Virus record (IMG/VR): IMGVR_UViG_3300030376_000535
Coordinates: 1 to 55,894 of that record
DNA: 55,894 bases
DNA from: a virus
Lineage: Duplodnaviria; Caudoviricetes
Strand: one strand, 5' to 3'
Of this stretch, positions 20,897 through 31,182 are shown piece by piece. A program made the translations under genes and the position numbers. The notes below the pieces were generated by a model, which saw only the letters and a list, made by a program, of their open reading frames with translations, had not been told where the DNA came from and did not search any database. The number at the start of each line of letters is the position of its first letter. Position 1 is the first letter of the stretch.

Positions 20897-21721
20897 ATGT
20901 ATAAACTTGCATCATTAAAGTACAGAGAAGCTTTAGAAAAAGGTGGGTCAGGTGTAGATCTACAGGCTATATCTAGACAAGATATTAAAAGTGCCAGTGC
21001 TAGAGCAGGTCTTGGTAAACGTGTAGACACTACAGCACCAGAGGTATCTAATCCTCAATCAGATATGGAAACTCAATTGATGCAAAGGTATGCAGATGCA
21101 TATCAAAGAGTTCAGGATGCCCCTACCACAAAGGAAAGATTTTTAGCTATGCTAGAAAAAGATGTTTCCATAGGCGCTGGGTTAGACAACGAAAAAATAT
21201 TTGCATCTCCTGATATAGATATGACTGACGAAGAAAAAGAGATACAAAAAGAATTTACAAAACGTTTTAGTAAAGGTCTAGGTAGCCCTAGTGAAACAAC
21301 TTCTGTTGAAGATTTTATTGCATCTTTTGAAGTATCAAAGCCCCAAGAAACTTACAAAGCTTATTGGGATAACAAGCAGTGGTCTATTGGTTTTGGTACA
21401 AAAGCTAAAAATAAAAACGAGGTAATTAGCCACGAAGAAGCTTTGTCTAGGTTAAGTGAAGAGACTACTAAAGCAAAAGAGTTTGTTTTAAAAGCTCAGG
21501 AAAAATATGGATATGATTTTACTGACAATCAAATTGATGCCTTGACTAGTTTTACCTACAACTTAGGTCCAACAAACCTTGATAAGCTTACAGAGAATGG
21601 CACAAGAGGTATTGAAGAGATCTCTGATATGATTCTCGAATACAATCGAGCTGATGGTAAAGTTCAAGAGGGGTTAGTAAAACGTAGACAAGCTGAGTAC
21701 GACCTCTTTAACGAACTATAA
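20897..21721 (+). CDS. Virion-associated lysozyme (GH24-like C-terminal domain)
   Basis: AYWD...WSIGFG, QIDALTSFTYNLG, GLVKRRQAE. Confidence 0.85.
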   Translation: MYKLASLKYREALEKGGSGVDLQAISRQDIKSASARAGLGKRVDTTAPEVSNPQSDMETQLMQRYADAYQRVQDAPTTKERFLAMLEKDVSIGAGLDNEKIFASPDIDMTDEEKEIQKEFTKRFSKGLGSPSETTSVEDFIASFEVSKPQETYKAYWDNKQWSIGFGTKAKNKNEVISHEEALSRLSEETTKAKEFVLKAQEKYGYDFTDNQIDALTSFTYNLGPTNLDKLTENGTRGIEEISDMILEYNRADGKVQEGLVKRRQAEYDLFNEL

Positions 21722-21735
21722 ACTAAGGAAATAAT

Positions 21736-22254
21736 ATGTTTAACGTACCTATTCCAGGAGAGTCTTTGACAGTAGAACCAAAGAGTATGCCGTATGAAAG
21801 ACCTCCAGAAATATCAGACCCTATAGAAGCACTTGATCTACATATCAACAACATCACTAGACCAGATGCAATGGAGGATATGTTCTTCTTTTTGGATAGT
21901 GGTCTTGACCTTACTAGTTTAGTAGAGGGTATACTTCGTAGTGCTGTTATGGCAGGTATGCATAGTGTTGATGTAAGTTTAATTATTGCTCCAGTATTAC
22001 ACGAAGAGATTAAAGCATTGGCATTAGAAGCTGGTGTAGAGTTTGAAGAAGGCTTTGACGACAACGAAGAAAAGAACGCTGTTGATTATGGTCGTGATGT
22101 TAGTCGTGCAAAGAACATGATGAAAGAGCTTCGTGAAAAAGAAGGAGAGGTTGTTGGGATTGGTGTAAGCGTTATGCCTGTAGAAGTAACAGCAACAGAA
22201 GTAGAAGAAGAGCCAACTAAAGAGGCTCCTAAAGGTTTGATGGCAAGGGGATAA
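21736..22254 (+). CDS. Putative internal virion protein ending GLMARG
   Basis: PIPGESLT...PYERPP; in ejection cluster. Confidence 0.6.
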   Translation: MFNVPIPGESLTVEPKSMPYERPPEISDPIEALDLHINNITRPDAMEDMFFFLDSGLDLTSLVEGILRSAVMAGMHSVDVSLIIAPVLHEEIKALALEAGVEFEEGFDDNEEKNAVDYGRDVSRAKNMMKELREKEGEVVGIGVSVMPVEVTATEVEEEPTKEAPKGLMARG

Positions 22255-22257
22255 GAC

Positions 22258-23268
22258 ATGGCGTTTAGTGCAGTAGGTGCTCTCAATTGGATGAGAGAAG
22301 CTAATAAAAACTATATGGACAGTAAGATTGCTGAACAAAACCTTATCTCAAGGCGTGAGGATGCTTTACTTTCTTTATACATAAAGAATGGTGGTGCATA
22401 CACAAATAAGAAAACTGGTAAAGAATATAACACCGCTGCTAAAAATGCGCTAGTATTGCAAGACAGAGTAAATACTTACGGTGAATCAACCAATGATCCA
22501 GACACTATAGAGTTTTACAATAATATCTTACAAGATCCTATGGCTGCAAGTGAGGTTATGGATTTTATTACTGAGCAAGAAACTAAGTACAATAGAATTA
22601 TTCCTATACAAGATGTGCCTAACTACATAAATATTATTAACGCACCAAATATTTCTGTTGATGAAAAGATAGATATTTTTAAAGAGCTGGACTTAGCTGA
22701 TCTTACAGATAAAGAAGAGTACTACGAGCTTGCATCTAAGATACAAAACATGACCACTAAATCTGGTCGTACAGTATTTACTGACATAGCCCCAGGATCA
22801 CAGATTAGTCAAGACGAAACAATTAAACTAGCTGATCAGCAATATGAAATGATGACTGGACTCTTAGTGCCAGTTGCACAGACATATCTTAATAATAATC
22901 CTGAAGGTACTCAGGCTGTTGAAACAGCAAATGCAATTAAAAACTTAGAAAGTGCTGATGAGTTTGTTAAATCAGCAGCTAGAAAATATTTGTTTGAAAC
23001 CTACACAACACCTGATTTTGTTTCAAATCTAGAGACAACTATGCCACGATTCTTTAGAGGTCTTGGTAAAATACCTCAAGTCGTTACTTTGTTTGAAGCG
23101 CAAAAACCTCTTGAAGGTGGAGGAGATCCTCCCCCAATAGTTCCAACAGTGTACCCAACACCAACACCAGATGCAGTTGCTGCACTAATGGCAAATCCAA
23201 CAGAACAAATGATAAGAGAGTTTAACGATTTTTATGGGCCGAACAAAGCTTCTGACTATCTAAACTAG
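22258..23268 (+). CDS. Putative internal virion protein
   Basis: Position; helical composition. Confidence 0.55.
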   Translation: MAFSAVGALNWMREANKNYMDSKIAEQNLISRREDALLSLYIKNGGAYTNKKTGKEYNTAAKNALVLQDRVNTYGESTNDPDTIEFYNNILQDPMAASEVMDFITEQETKYNRIIPIQDVPNYINIINAPNISVDEKIDIFKELDLADLTDKEEYYELASKIQNMTTKSGRTVFTDIAPGSQISQDETIKLADQQYEMMTGLLVPVAQTYLNNNPEGTQAVETANAIKNLESADEFVKSAARKYLFETYTTPDFVSNLETTMPRFFRGLGKIPQVVTLFEAQKPLEGGGDPPPIVPTVYPTPTPDAVAALMANPTEQMIREFNDFYGPNKASDYLN

Positions 23269-23276
23269 GAGAAACT

Positions 23277-26200
23277 ATGGCTAACTTTTTTGAGCAGTTT
23301 CACCAGCAAAAAGAACCTGAAAATTTCTTTTCTCAGTTTCATACTGAAGAGCTAACCTTACCTTCACCTACAGCTCCTCAGACAACACTTCCCGAACCTG
23401 GTACATATACACAAGACGATATGGTAGAAGACGATCAGATGTTTTCTATCATCCAAAACTATATGGCTGATCGCTATGGTCCATTGTCTATGGAGGGACA
23501 AGATAGAGAGTCTATTGTAGATAGTTTCTTAAACAATCGTCGTGGTGTTGTGTCTGGTAACTCTGTAAGAGCCTTGTCAGAGATTGACTATATCAACGAT
23601 ATATCCGAAGACTCTACTAAAATGGGTAATGCTGCAGCCGCAGCTGCCCTGTATGAAAACATGGCTGGTTTGTTTAGTGGAGAAACAACCTTTGCTGAAA
23701 AAGCTGAGGGTGTTATGGACTTTACACGTTCAGCTATTGCTGATCCCATCAACTTAGTTGGTGGATTTATTGGTAAGGCTGTAGGTCAAGGTGCTTTAAG
23801 AGTTGGTTCTAACCAAGTAAAGAAAAGAGCATTAAAGAAAATGTCAGAGGCATCAATTAAAAAAGGTGCTACTCAAGAGACAGTAAAGAAAGCAGGACAA
23901 GAAGCTATTAAGGTAGCTGTTAAAGAGTCTGGTGATGTTGTTACAAAAGAAGTGGCAGAGTATACTGCTAGGGTTATGTCCAGTAAAGGATTTAAAAGGC
24001 TATATACCAGAGGAGCTTTAGCTGAGATAGGAACTACCGTAGGTATTGATGCCGCAGTAGGAGCTGGTACAGAATATCTTTATCAAAGTGGACTTATTAA
24101 GTTAGGTGTACGTGAAAACTTTGATAAGTATTCTATGGGTTTTGCTGCGCTGGGCGCAACAGTTTTGGGAGGAGTACAAGCTGGTAGAGTTATGCTTCGT
24201 GGTAGTACAGGAACTGTAGCTCCGTCTATCGCAGTCAAAGAACCTAAACCAGAAAACGTTGTTCTTGAACTAGCTAACTCAGTTGGTAAGTATGGTAAAG
24301 CTACCGTTGAAAAATCTAGCACTTGGAAAAATAAAGTTGCAGGTGGTGTTGAGTTAAAAGATTTAGACTCAGAATTTTTTGTAGATCTTTTACTAGGTCA
24401 CGTTGATGATGATGGCAATGTAGTTTTAAAAGGCCTATCACAGATTGCACAAGAAAAAGGTTTAGTTTGGACCAAGCGATTTGAAGATGATAAGTATGCT
24501 AACTGGATGGCTGACATAATTAAACAGTCAGATCCAAAACAGATTACTAATTTTGTAAAAGCATTTGAAAAAGCAACTGGCAATAAACTTAAGGATGCAA
24601 AGAAACTAACTCTTGATGAGTTTGCAGATACCTTTGCACTAAAGATAAATCATTCTGCAAGAATACTTAATGCTCTTTCACAAGGCTCAAAACGAAATGG
24701 TATTTCTGCAGCAGACATGACAGTTCAGGATCTTATTAAAGATGCTATGGATGCAGGATATTTACCTAAGCCAAAAGATCCGTTGTCATCAAGCCTTTCT
24801 GAAAAGATACCTGACTATATACGAAACAATCAGAACAGAGTTATTAGATTACTTGTATCTAACCCCTCTACCAGCGCACTAAACATGATTGGTTATGGTG
24901 CTAATGCAGGTATCGGTATGGTTTCAGACATGGCTCTTGCCACACTGCATCTTGGTACAGGTACTATGGCAAACCTTATTGGTATGCAAAAACAAGGGGC
25001 TAAATCTTATCGTTTAGCTAATACTTTAATTCAATCAAATGCGTCAAGAGTTAGACGACTGCTTGATCCTGATATGACATACGCTGCTTTTGAGTCTGCT
25101 CTCTCAAGAAACTCAGAGGCACTGCAGAAACTATCTAACACATTGCCAGGTGGTATTGAAAATACTACACGCATGATTACCGATAGCAAGATCTCACCAG
25201 AAATGCAGATGCTTGGTCTAAAAGCTGACGAGGCTATTGATGTAATACAAACAATATCTTTTGTTAAAGCACAAGATAGATTTACAAAGTCTCAAGAGTT
25301 TGTATTTCAAATGGACAAAGCTTTAAGAACTACCTTTGGTAAAAGCTGGAATGATTTTTACAATGGACCAGAAGCTGTAAAGCTTATGGCAACAAAAGAA
25401 TATAGAGATCTTGAGTCTGTCGTAGTAGAAAAAACACTTGAGTCTATCTTTTCTAAATCCTACAAAGGTACAGATGTTTTAGGTGAAGTAGCTGGTATCA
25501 TTGAAGATGCTAGAAATATTCCTGGTGTTGGTTTGCTTGTACCTTTTGGTCGTTTCTTTAATGCTACTGTAGACTGGGGCTTACAAGCCTCTGGCCTTAG
25601 CATTACAGGTAAAGCTATGGGTTACTATGGTGATAAGACTTGGGGAGAGTTAGGTAGTAGAGCTGCCGTTAGTTGGGCATTTGCCTCTACTATGGTTGAG
25701 AACGAAAGGGAAAACAGGAAAAAAGGTATCGGTGTTTTTCAAACAGTAGACCCTTTAACTGGTGAGGTAATTACTCAACAATATGATTACCCAATCTCAG
25801 CATTTAAAGCTGCTGCACGAGTTGCTTCCTATTGGGTAGATGGTGAAGAGCCTCCAAAAGAATTGTTGCAACAAGTTGCTAGAGACTTTACTTTAGATGG
25901 TGTTCTTAGAAACTTAAACAAGACTCAAGAAGATGTAGCATCTTTAGTTTACTACATGTTCCAAGGAGATATGAAAGAATCTTGGAATGCCTTTGGTAAA
26001 TCAATGGGTAACGTAGCAGTTCAACCTGTTGCAGGTGCGACACGTTTTCTTGAACCTTTAAACGTAGCCGCAGGTGTAGTAAGAGGTGAAGCTGCAAGAC
26101 CGATTGATAGGTATCAAGGCAACAAAACCTACAACGACATGGTAAAGTATATTGATAACTTAATACCGTTGTTCACTGGTGAACCAGTAGGAGAAACACT

Positions 26201-26759
26201 TAAGACTGCAGCTGCAGGTGAAGCAGATGTTACTTCAACAAAACCTATGGGTATAAGAACTATCAGACTTACTGATACTCAACGTGTAATGAACATGATG
26301 GGATACGAGCAGTTTAGTCTTAATGCTGCAAGAAAAATTAGACAGACTGTACCCAAAGCTGCTAATGAATATAACGGTATCTTGTTTGATATTATTGAGG
26401 CTGAAGCTGGTGCATTGATGGCAAGTAAAGGCTTTAGAAAAATGTCTACTGATGCCCAGCGCAGATACTGGAAAACAGATGTGTTGCCCAAGGCTAAGTC
26501 ATTAGCTAAAAGTTTCTTGGCTATGCAATACTCAGGACCACTAGACACTATAGATTTACAATATCAACTTAGTCAAAAATATACAAGAGATGATCTTAAT
26601 GATGCTATCGAAGAACTAAACTTTGAAGATGGTAGTGATCTTGGAGATCTAAATCGTGGGCAACTCTTCTTAATACAAAACTATCTGGACACTGTAGATA
26701 GCCTTAAGCTTTTACAGACCCCATCAGATGTAGGTGCATCTAGGTATCTGTCAAATTAA
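23277..26759 (+). CDS. Large internal virion/ejection protein (1160 aa)
   Basis: Last late gene; duplicated NFF(E/S)QFH N-terminal motif. Confidence 0.65.
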   Translation: MANFFEQFHQQKEPENFFSQFHTEELTLPSPTAPQTTLPEPGTYTQDDMVEDDQMFSIIQNYMADRYGPLSMEGQDRESIVDSFLNNRRGVVSGNSVRALSEIDYINDISEDSTKMGNAAAAAALYENMAGLFSGETTFAEKAEGVMDFTRSAIADPINLVGGFIGKAVGQGALRVGSNQVKKRALKKMSEASIKKGATQETVKKAGQEAIKVAVKESGDVVTKEVAEYTARVMSSKGFKRLYTRGALAEIGTTVGIDAAVGAGTEYLYQSGLIKLGVRENFDKYSMGFAALGATVLGGVQAGRVMLRGSTGTVAPSIAVKEPKPENVVLELANSVGKYGKATVEKSSTWKNKVAGGVELKDLDSEFFVDLLLGHVDDDGNVVLKGLSQIAQEKGLVWTKRFEDDKYANWMADIIKQSDPKQITNFVKAFEKATGNKLKDAKKLTLDEFADTFALKINHSARILNALSQGSKRNGISAADMTVQDLIKDAMDAGYLPKPKDPLSSSLSEKIPDYIRNNQNRVIRLLVSNPSTSALNMIGYGANAGIGMVSDMALATLHLGTGTMANLIGMQKQGAKSYRLANTLIQSNASRVRRLLDPDMTYAAFESALSRNSEALQKLSNTLPGGIENTTRMITDSKISPEMQMLGLKADEAIDVIQTISFVKAQDRFTKSQEFVFQMDKALRTTFGKSWNDFYNGPEAVKLMATKEYRDLESVVVEKTLESIFSKSYKGTDVLGEVAGIIEDARNIPGVGLLVPFGRFFNATVDWGLQASGLSITGKAMGYYGDKTWGELGSRAAVSWAFASTMVENERENRKKGIGVFQTVDPLTGEVITQQYDYPISAFKAAARVASYWVDGEEPPKELLQQVARDFTLDGVLRNLNKTQEDVASLVYYMFQGDMKESWNAFGKSMGNVAVQPVAGATRFLEPLNVAAGVVRGEAARPIDRYQGNKTYNDMVKYIDNLIPLFTGEPVGETLKTAAAGEADVTSTKPMGIRTIRLTDTQRVMNMMGYEQFSLNAARKIRQTVPKAANEYNGILFDIIEAEAGALMASKGFRKMSTDAQRRYWKTDVLPKAKSLAKSFLAMQYSGPLDTIDLQYQLSQKYTRDDLNDAIEELNFEDGSDLGDLNRGQLFLIQNYLDTVDSLKLLQTPSDVGASRYLSN

Positions 26760-26781
26760 AGGGGTCTTACGACCCCTCTTC
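26757..26781. terminator. Terminator hairpin between convergent arms, probably bidirectional
   Basis: AGGGGTC-TTAC-GACCCCT between opposing stop codons. Confidence 0.8.
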
Positions 26782-27000
26782 TAACATCTTATCTGCCCAT
26801 TCATAAGCTTCTCTTCTTATATCCTCAAACCTAGCATAACCTGGCTGATTAGCCAGTAGTCCTGCAAGAGCTTGTCCTGCTAGGTATATCCGTGCTGTCA
26901 TTGGTTTATCGGGCGGCTTTTTATTTTGTTTAAACTGACGAGCTTCTTCCAATAAATTATTTACTTTAGGTGGCCTACCTCTAGGTTTCTTTACTTCCAT
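26767..27000 (-). CDS. Hypothetical protein with AT-hook-like KPRGRPPK
   Basis: ORF translation. Confidence 0.7.
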   Translation of the reverse strand: MEVKKPRGRPPKVNNLLEEARQFKQNKKPPDKPMTARIYLAGQALAGLLANQPGYARFEDIRREAYEWADKMLEEGS

Positions 27001-27001
27001 G

Positions 27002-27265
27002 TTACTTCCTTGACTGCTGTTGTATCAAAGCCTCAAGATACCATCGGGCTTTCTTTAGATCTTCTATACCATTCTTGTATCTCCATCGGTGTAAGTATTT
27101 AGCAATGTTACCCCTGAGATAACCAGTGTATTCTTCATCGGTTAAAAAATCTTTTATATAATTTATACACTCTATCTGACCCTGCCCGTAATGAGCAGGG
27201 TTATTTACGTTATCAAGGTCAGGAAACAAAGACTTTTGTTCCTTTAGGTATTCGTCTGCAATCAT
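27002..27265 (-). CDS. DUF3310 / T7 gp1.7-like protein
   Basis: VNNPAHY...IECI...GNIAKYLHRW..KNGIEDLKKARWY. Confidence 0.85.
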   Translation of the reverse strand: MIADEYLKEQKSLFPDLDNVNNPAHYGQGQIECINYIKDFLTDEEYTGYLRGNIAKYLHRWRYKNGIEDLKKARWYLEALIQQQSRK

Positions 27266-27741
27266 TGTACCTCCACCGTATGTTCAGTATGCTCTAGTAA
27301 AAAGTCTACTGGTATCATTGCTGCAAGATCGTGTCGTCCTGGCCTAGTGTTTAAGCCCCATATACCTCTATAGTGTTCAGTGCATTTTTCTTCTAGCAGA
27401 TTATTTACTTTGTTAGGATCGACAAGAATAAATTTATCTTCTAATCTAAAAGCAATAAATCTTTTTTCCTTGTTAGGTGAACCCCATCCTGGCTTACCCA
27501 CAACATTCTTAAACTCCCACCAATGTATTGAGTAATCAATAGGACCACCACGATACTTTCGTTTACCTGCTTTGATGTCTACCTTTCCAAACTCTTTGTC
27601 CAATACATCCCAGTGTTCATTAATATCTTCTGTGCGAGTAGCCCTCCGTATAAAATTATCCTGTCTTAAATCGGCAAACTCTTGTTCAGCTACCGTACCT
27701 TCTTGAAAAGAACTTGTGTATTTTGTTTTAGCTGTCTGCAT
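27262..27741 (-). CDS. Putative PD-(D/E)xK-fold nuclease
   Basis: E...HWD...VDIK pattern. Confidence 0.5.
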   Translation of the reverse strand: MQTAKTKYTSSFQEGTVAEQEFADLRQDNFIRRATRTEDINEHWDVLDKEFGKVDIKAGKRKYRGGPIDYSIHWWEFKNVVGKPGWGSPNKEKRFIAFRLEDKFILVDPNKVNNLLEEKCTEHYRGIWGLNTRPGRHDLAAMIPVDFLLEHTEHTVEVQ

Positions 27742-27964
27742 CTGAAAGATACTCCTTTAATTCCAATAGTCCACCAAGGTGTGTTCCATCGGGTTTGAAT
27801 ATTTGGGGTACAGTATTTATACTAGACTTTTTTAACAAAGACAATACCCATTTACTACTTTGTGATTCAATATTATACTCAGTGCAGGATGCTCCAGCAC
27901 TCTTTAAGAGTGCCTTTGCATCATCACAAAAACTGCAGTGATCTCTAGTTATCATTACCCACAT
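27728..27964 (-). CDS. grx: Glutaredoxin
   Basis: CSFC, TVPQIF, GG. Confidence 0.9.
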   Translation of the reverse strand: MWVMITRDHCSFCDDAKALLKSAGASCTEYNIESQSSKWVLSLLKKSSINTVPQIFKPDGTHLGGLLELKEYLSDADS

Positions 27965-29880
27965 TATGTTATGTCCACTATTTCACATGCATCTCCAGTA
28001 CATGCCATTGTTTGCATTGCAACAGTGTTGTCTTCACTTTCATACTCTGACAACTTGGACCAGTCAATACTGTCTGGCATACATGATAGTAAGTATTCGT
28101 AGTCATGCTTGCCGCAATCTTGGTATGGTGCTTGTTGATAGGTGTGATCAGAGTGTGGCAAGAAAGATACACCAGACATCTCATCAAAGTGATCATAAAC
28201 AAAAGCACCTACAGACATCCACTCATCATCACGTACTGAGATTGTTACGCTAGGCTTATGCTCACACCAGTGTCGTTGATATGTCAGCCACAGTTTAAGT
28301 TGTTCAATAGCTGTCATATCCTCACGAGTAACTGCATTGTCTGGTGACTTTTGTGGAAAGCTAAACACTGTAGTGGTGTCACCCTTAAATACACATGGCT
28401 CATTAGGAATACGTTGATCCTTCATAAACTGTGTTAAGGGGTCTTTGTTATCTCCTCTAACGGTTCTGATGTAATAGGGTGAGTGACGGGCATGGATACC
28501 ACTGGCTGAGTCAACGAGCTGTGATACTGTGCCTGATGGCTTAACACAGCTAATACTAGTAGACATAGGAATACCAAATTTAGCAGACCACTCAGCGTTT
28601 GTATCAACAGCCACATTACGAAGTTCATCAAGTGTTTCATCTAGTTTTTTATTCTTTAATGTCATTAATGGATTGTCCATTATCCCTGTGAGAGACACAC
28701 CGAGCAATCGTTCTTCTTCGGTATTTCGTTGCCACACCTTTCGCAAGTATGGAAACTTGGTGTAGGTTGATTGTATTGTTCCAAGTATAGTTGCAAGGCG
28801 GACTTTACGCTTAAGATCTTCAAGAGAATCTGCTGCACGTACAACAACCTCTGTAAGATTACAGAACTGATAAGGCCGTAAGATAATTTCACTGCAAGGA
28901 TTAGTTCCGAACTCATGGTTAGGATCACGTCTACCGTATTTAGCAGCCTGTTTCTTAGATGCTTCACGATTGAATACCCCTCTTTCTCCAGACTTAGATT
29001 CTACAAGAGCTGTCCACTCACGCATAAATGTTTCAACGTCAGGCTTTTCTGTATAAGCTACAGAGTTGTTAGCTAGTGCACGATGTGCTGCAGTTTCCCA
29101 CCACTGGCCAGACTTTGCATGACGCATACGATCATCAGACAAGTTAGACAAGCTGATCATAGCACTACGTCTTACACCACCCACAACAACAATCTGACCA
29201 ATGAAACACATTAGGTCATGACATTCCATAGACGACAGTCTACGACCTTGTGCATTTTTAAATGTATTTATTGTAAAGTTAAACAACTCAACCAAGGGCG
29301 CTGGGCCTGATGCTCGACCACCAAATGTTTTTAGTCGTGAACCAGCAGGACGTACAAGACCGATGTCCCACTGAGGAATCTCGCCAGACCAAAGTAAAGC
29401 TAGTAGTTGACGATAAGCTTTTGCCCAACCCTCTTTACTATCCTTAACTACAATAGTAGTTTCGCTCTCAAACAATTGGTCTGGAACTTCTGGTAACTGC
29501 TGAATAAACTGTCGCTCAACACTAAAGCCTACGCCAGTACCACAAAGTAGAATAAACATAGCTTCGTCAAAAGACTTTGGATCATCTACAGGTAGATATG
29601 AACAGTTATACCCTGCTGTATTATCACGAGACAGTGCAGGTCCAGCTGTCATCATAGCTCTCATGCTTGGCATAATTTCCAAGCTAAGAATAGCTGCTTC
29701 AAGCTCATCATAAACAGCATCTTTAAATTCATCTGCAACTGTAAGTAGAGGCATTGCTACATTCTTCATGTAACGTTCTACTGTTTCTGGCCAAGACTCT
29801 CGACCTTTGTTGTCAAAGTATTTTGCATACCGTGACTTGTGTATGAATGACTGATAGTCAGTCGGTAAATAGTTATTCAT
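27964..29880 (-). CDS. nrdJ: Class II (B12-dependent) ribonucleotide reductase
   Basis: PSMRAM, NCSY, TNPCSEI, VKPSGT, C-terminal CTGDAC; no beta subunit gene. Confidence 0.93.
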   Translation of the reverse strand: MNNYLPTDYQSFIHKSRYAKYFDNKGRESWPETVERYMKNVAMPLLTVADEFKDAVYDELEAAILSLEIMPSMRAMMTAGPALSRDNTAGYNCSYLPVDDPKSFDEAMFILLCGTGVGFSVERQFIQQLPEVPDQLFESETTIVVKDSKEGWAKAYRQLLALLWSGEIPQWDIGLVRPAGSRLKTFGGRASGPAPLVELFNFTINTFKNAQGRRLSSMECHDLMCFIGQIVVVGGVRRSAMISLSNLSDDRMRHAKSGQWWETAAHRALANNSVAYTEKPDVETFMREWTALVESKSGERGVFNREASKKQAAKYGRRDPNHEFGTNPCSEIILRPYQFCNLTEVVVRAADSLEDLKRKVRLATILGTIQSTYTKFPYLRKVWQRNTEEERLLGVSLTGIMDNPLMTLKNKKLDETLDELRNVAVDTNAEWSAKFGIPMSTSISCVKPSGTVSQLVDSASGIHARHSPYYIRTVRGDNKDPLTQFMKDQRIPNEPCVFKGDTTTVFSFPQKSPDNAVTREDMTAIEQLKLWLTYQRHWCEHKPSVTISVRDDEWMSVGAFVYDHFDEMSGVSFLPHSDHTYQQAPYQDCGKHDYEYLLSCMPDSIDWSKLSEYESEDNTVAMQTMACTGDACEIVDIT

Positions 29881-30086
29881 TAATCCTCTCCTATATTTGT
29901 AGGTGCATAAACCTCACCATTATATTTACTACCTGTTGCACCCTTACCTGTTTCTACTCCGTTATTACAACCAACTACTACGACAAGCAATCCAAATATA
30001 GTTATGTAGACTGTTCGTTTAGTCCAGAGTATAAATTGTTCGTAAGTACGTTTTGCCTCCAGTTCTGCTGCTTCTCTTGGAGTCAT
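29880..30086 (-). CDS. Small membrane protein resembling aa3 cytochrome c oxidase subunit IV
   Basis: EAKRTYEQFILWTKR followed by TM helix. Confidence 0.45.
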   Translation of the reverse strand: MTPREAAELEAKRTYEQFILWTKRTVYITIFGLLVVVVGCNNGVETGKGATGSKYNGEVYAPTNIGED

Positions 30087-30436
30087 CGGTTATCACCAGA
30101 CCCCGACAGTACACCACGCTGCTGTCTGTCTTTAAGTTTCTTAATATTATTATTAGCTATGTCTTCCATATCAGTATTTAGATCACGGCACAATGCGGCT
30201 ATATACCACAGGCAATCACCCAACTCATCTGCAATAGCTTCACGATCAAAGTTTTTGTCACGCATTATCTTTTTAACTTTGTTTGCAACCTCACCTGCCT
30301 CTGCTGCCAAGCCCAGCGCAGGATAAATTACTGCGTGTTCTTGTTTGTAGATAGCAGTGCTTGCTGCTGCTCTTTGGTAATCATTCATTTGACCAGAGTC
30401 AAAGAACTCAAAGGCTTCTATGTGTGGGTTACTCAT
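30083..30436 (-). CDS. mazG: MazG-like NTP pyrophosphohydrolase
   Basis: LGLAAEAGEVANKVKK...DELGDCLWY...GSGDNR. Confidence 0.9.
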   Translation of the reverse strand: MSNPHIEAFEFFDSGQMNDYQRAAASTAIYKQEHAVIYPALGLAAEAGEVANKVKKIMRDKNFDREAIADELGDCLWYIAALCRDLNTDMEDIANNNIKKLKDRQQRGVLSGSGDNR

Positions 30437-30590
30437 CGTTTTTTACCTCGCAATCTAATACTGTTGTGTCATCTATGTCGTACAAATAGTTTCTTACTAA
30501 CTCAGCTATTACATCTGTGTTGTCACCAAAGGTTTCTAAAAAGTTTGCCTCTGGATCTACGTGCAATAAAATATTAATCTCAAACTTCAT
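30429..30590 (-). CDS. 53-aa acidic protein not in the ORF track (MKFEINILLHVDPEANFLE...)
   Basis: Fills the gap on the co-oriented strand. Confidence 0.6.
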   Translation of the reverse strand: MKFEINILLHVDPEANFLETFGDNTDVIAELVRNYLYDIDDTTVLDCEVKNDE

Positions 30591-30599
30591 GACGAACCC

Positions 30600-30836
30600 C
30601 TAGTTATACGCATCGTATGAGTCCATGTCAATAACTAATGGCTCAATACTTTTCTTAAAATGTGATTCCCATTCATAGGCATCATCAAAATCTTCGAACC
30701 AAAAATTATCGTCTGCCATAACACCATCAATCTCTGCCCTGCAAACCATAACATAGTTAGCCCCTTCTGGAGCTTCCTCATCTAGATCTGATACAGCTAT
30801 TGGTCCTTCTAAAACATCCCAAACCTTAACTATCAT
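30600..30836 (-). CDS. Hypothetical acidic protein
   Basis: ORF in operon. Confidence 0.7.
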   Translation of the reverse strand: MIVKVWDVLEGPIAVSDLDEEAPEGANYVMVCRAEIDGVMADDNFWFEDFDDAYEWESHFKKSIEPLVIDMDSYDAYN

Positions 30837-31182
30837 TATTGTTACTCCAAGCTCTTATTAGTTCCATGTAATGATCAAGTCCAATCATTACTACCCAAGG
30901 GTTACGATCTGATCTATAGAAAACAACAGGCTCTCCCTTGGCGTGAGACTTTGCTTGTTCAATATAATCATACACAGTTTTTAGTGCAGACTTTCTTCTT
31001 TTAACTTCTATTGTTATTGGTATCTTTTTTCTGGCTGCAGGAGACAGCTGTATATCTTCTCCACTGTCTCCCATAGTAGTGGACTTAACGTCATCAGGTT
31101 CTAACTCAGGAAATGTTTCTAGTATTTTATCTCTGATTTCGTTTTGTCCAAGACGACCTTTTGCTTTAGCGGCCCTTGTCAT
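30826..31182 (-). CDS. Holliday junction resolvase-like PD-(D/E)xK endonuclease
   Basis: AKAKGR, GEDI, IEVK. Confidence 0.75.
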   Translation of the reverse strand: MTRAAKAKGRLGQNEIRDKILETFPELEPDDVKSTTMGDSGEDIQLSPAARKKIPITIEVKRRKSALKTVYDYIEQAKSHAKGEPVVFYRSDRNPWVVMIGLDHYMELIRAWSNNNDS

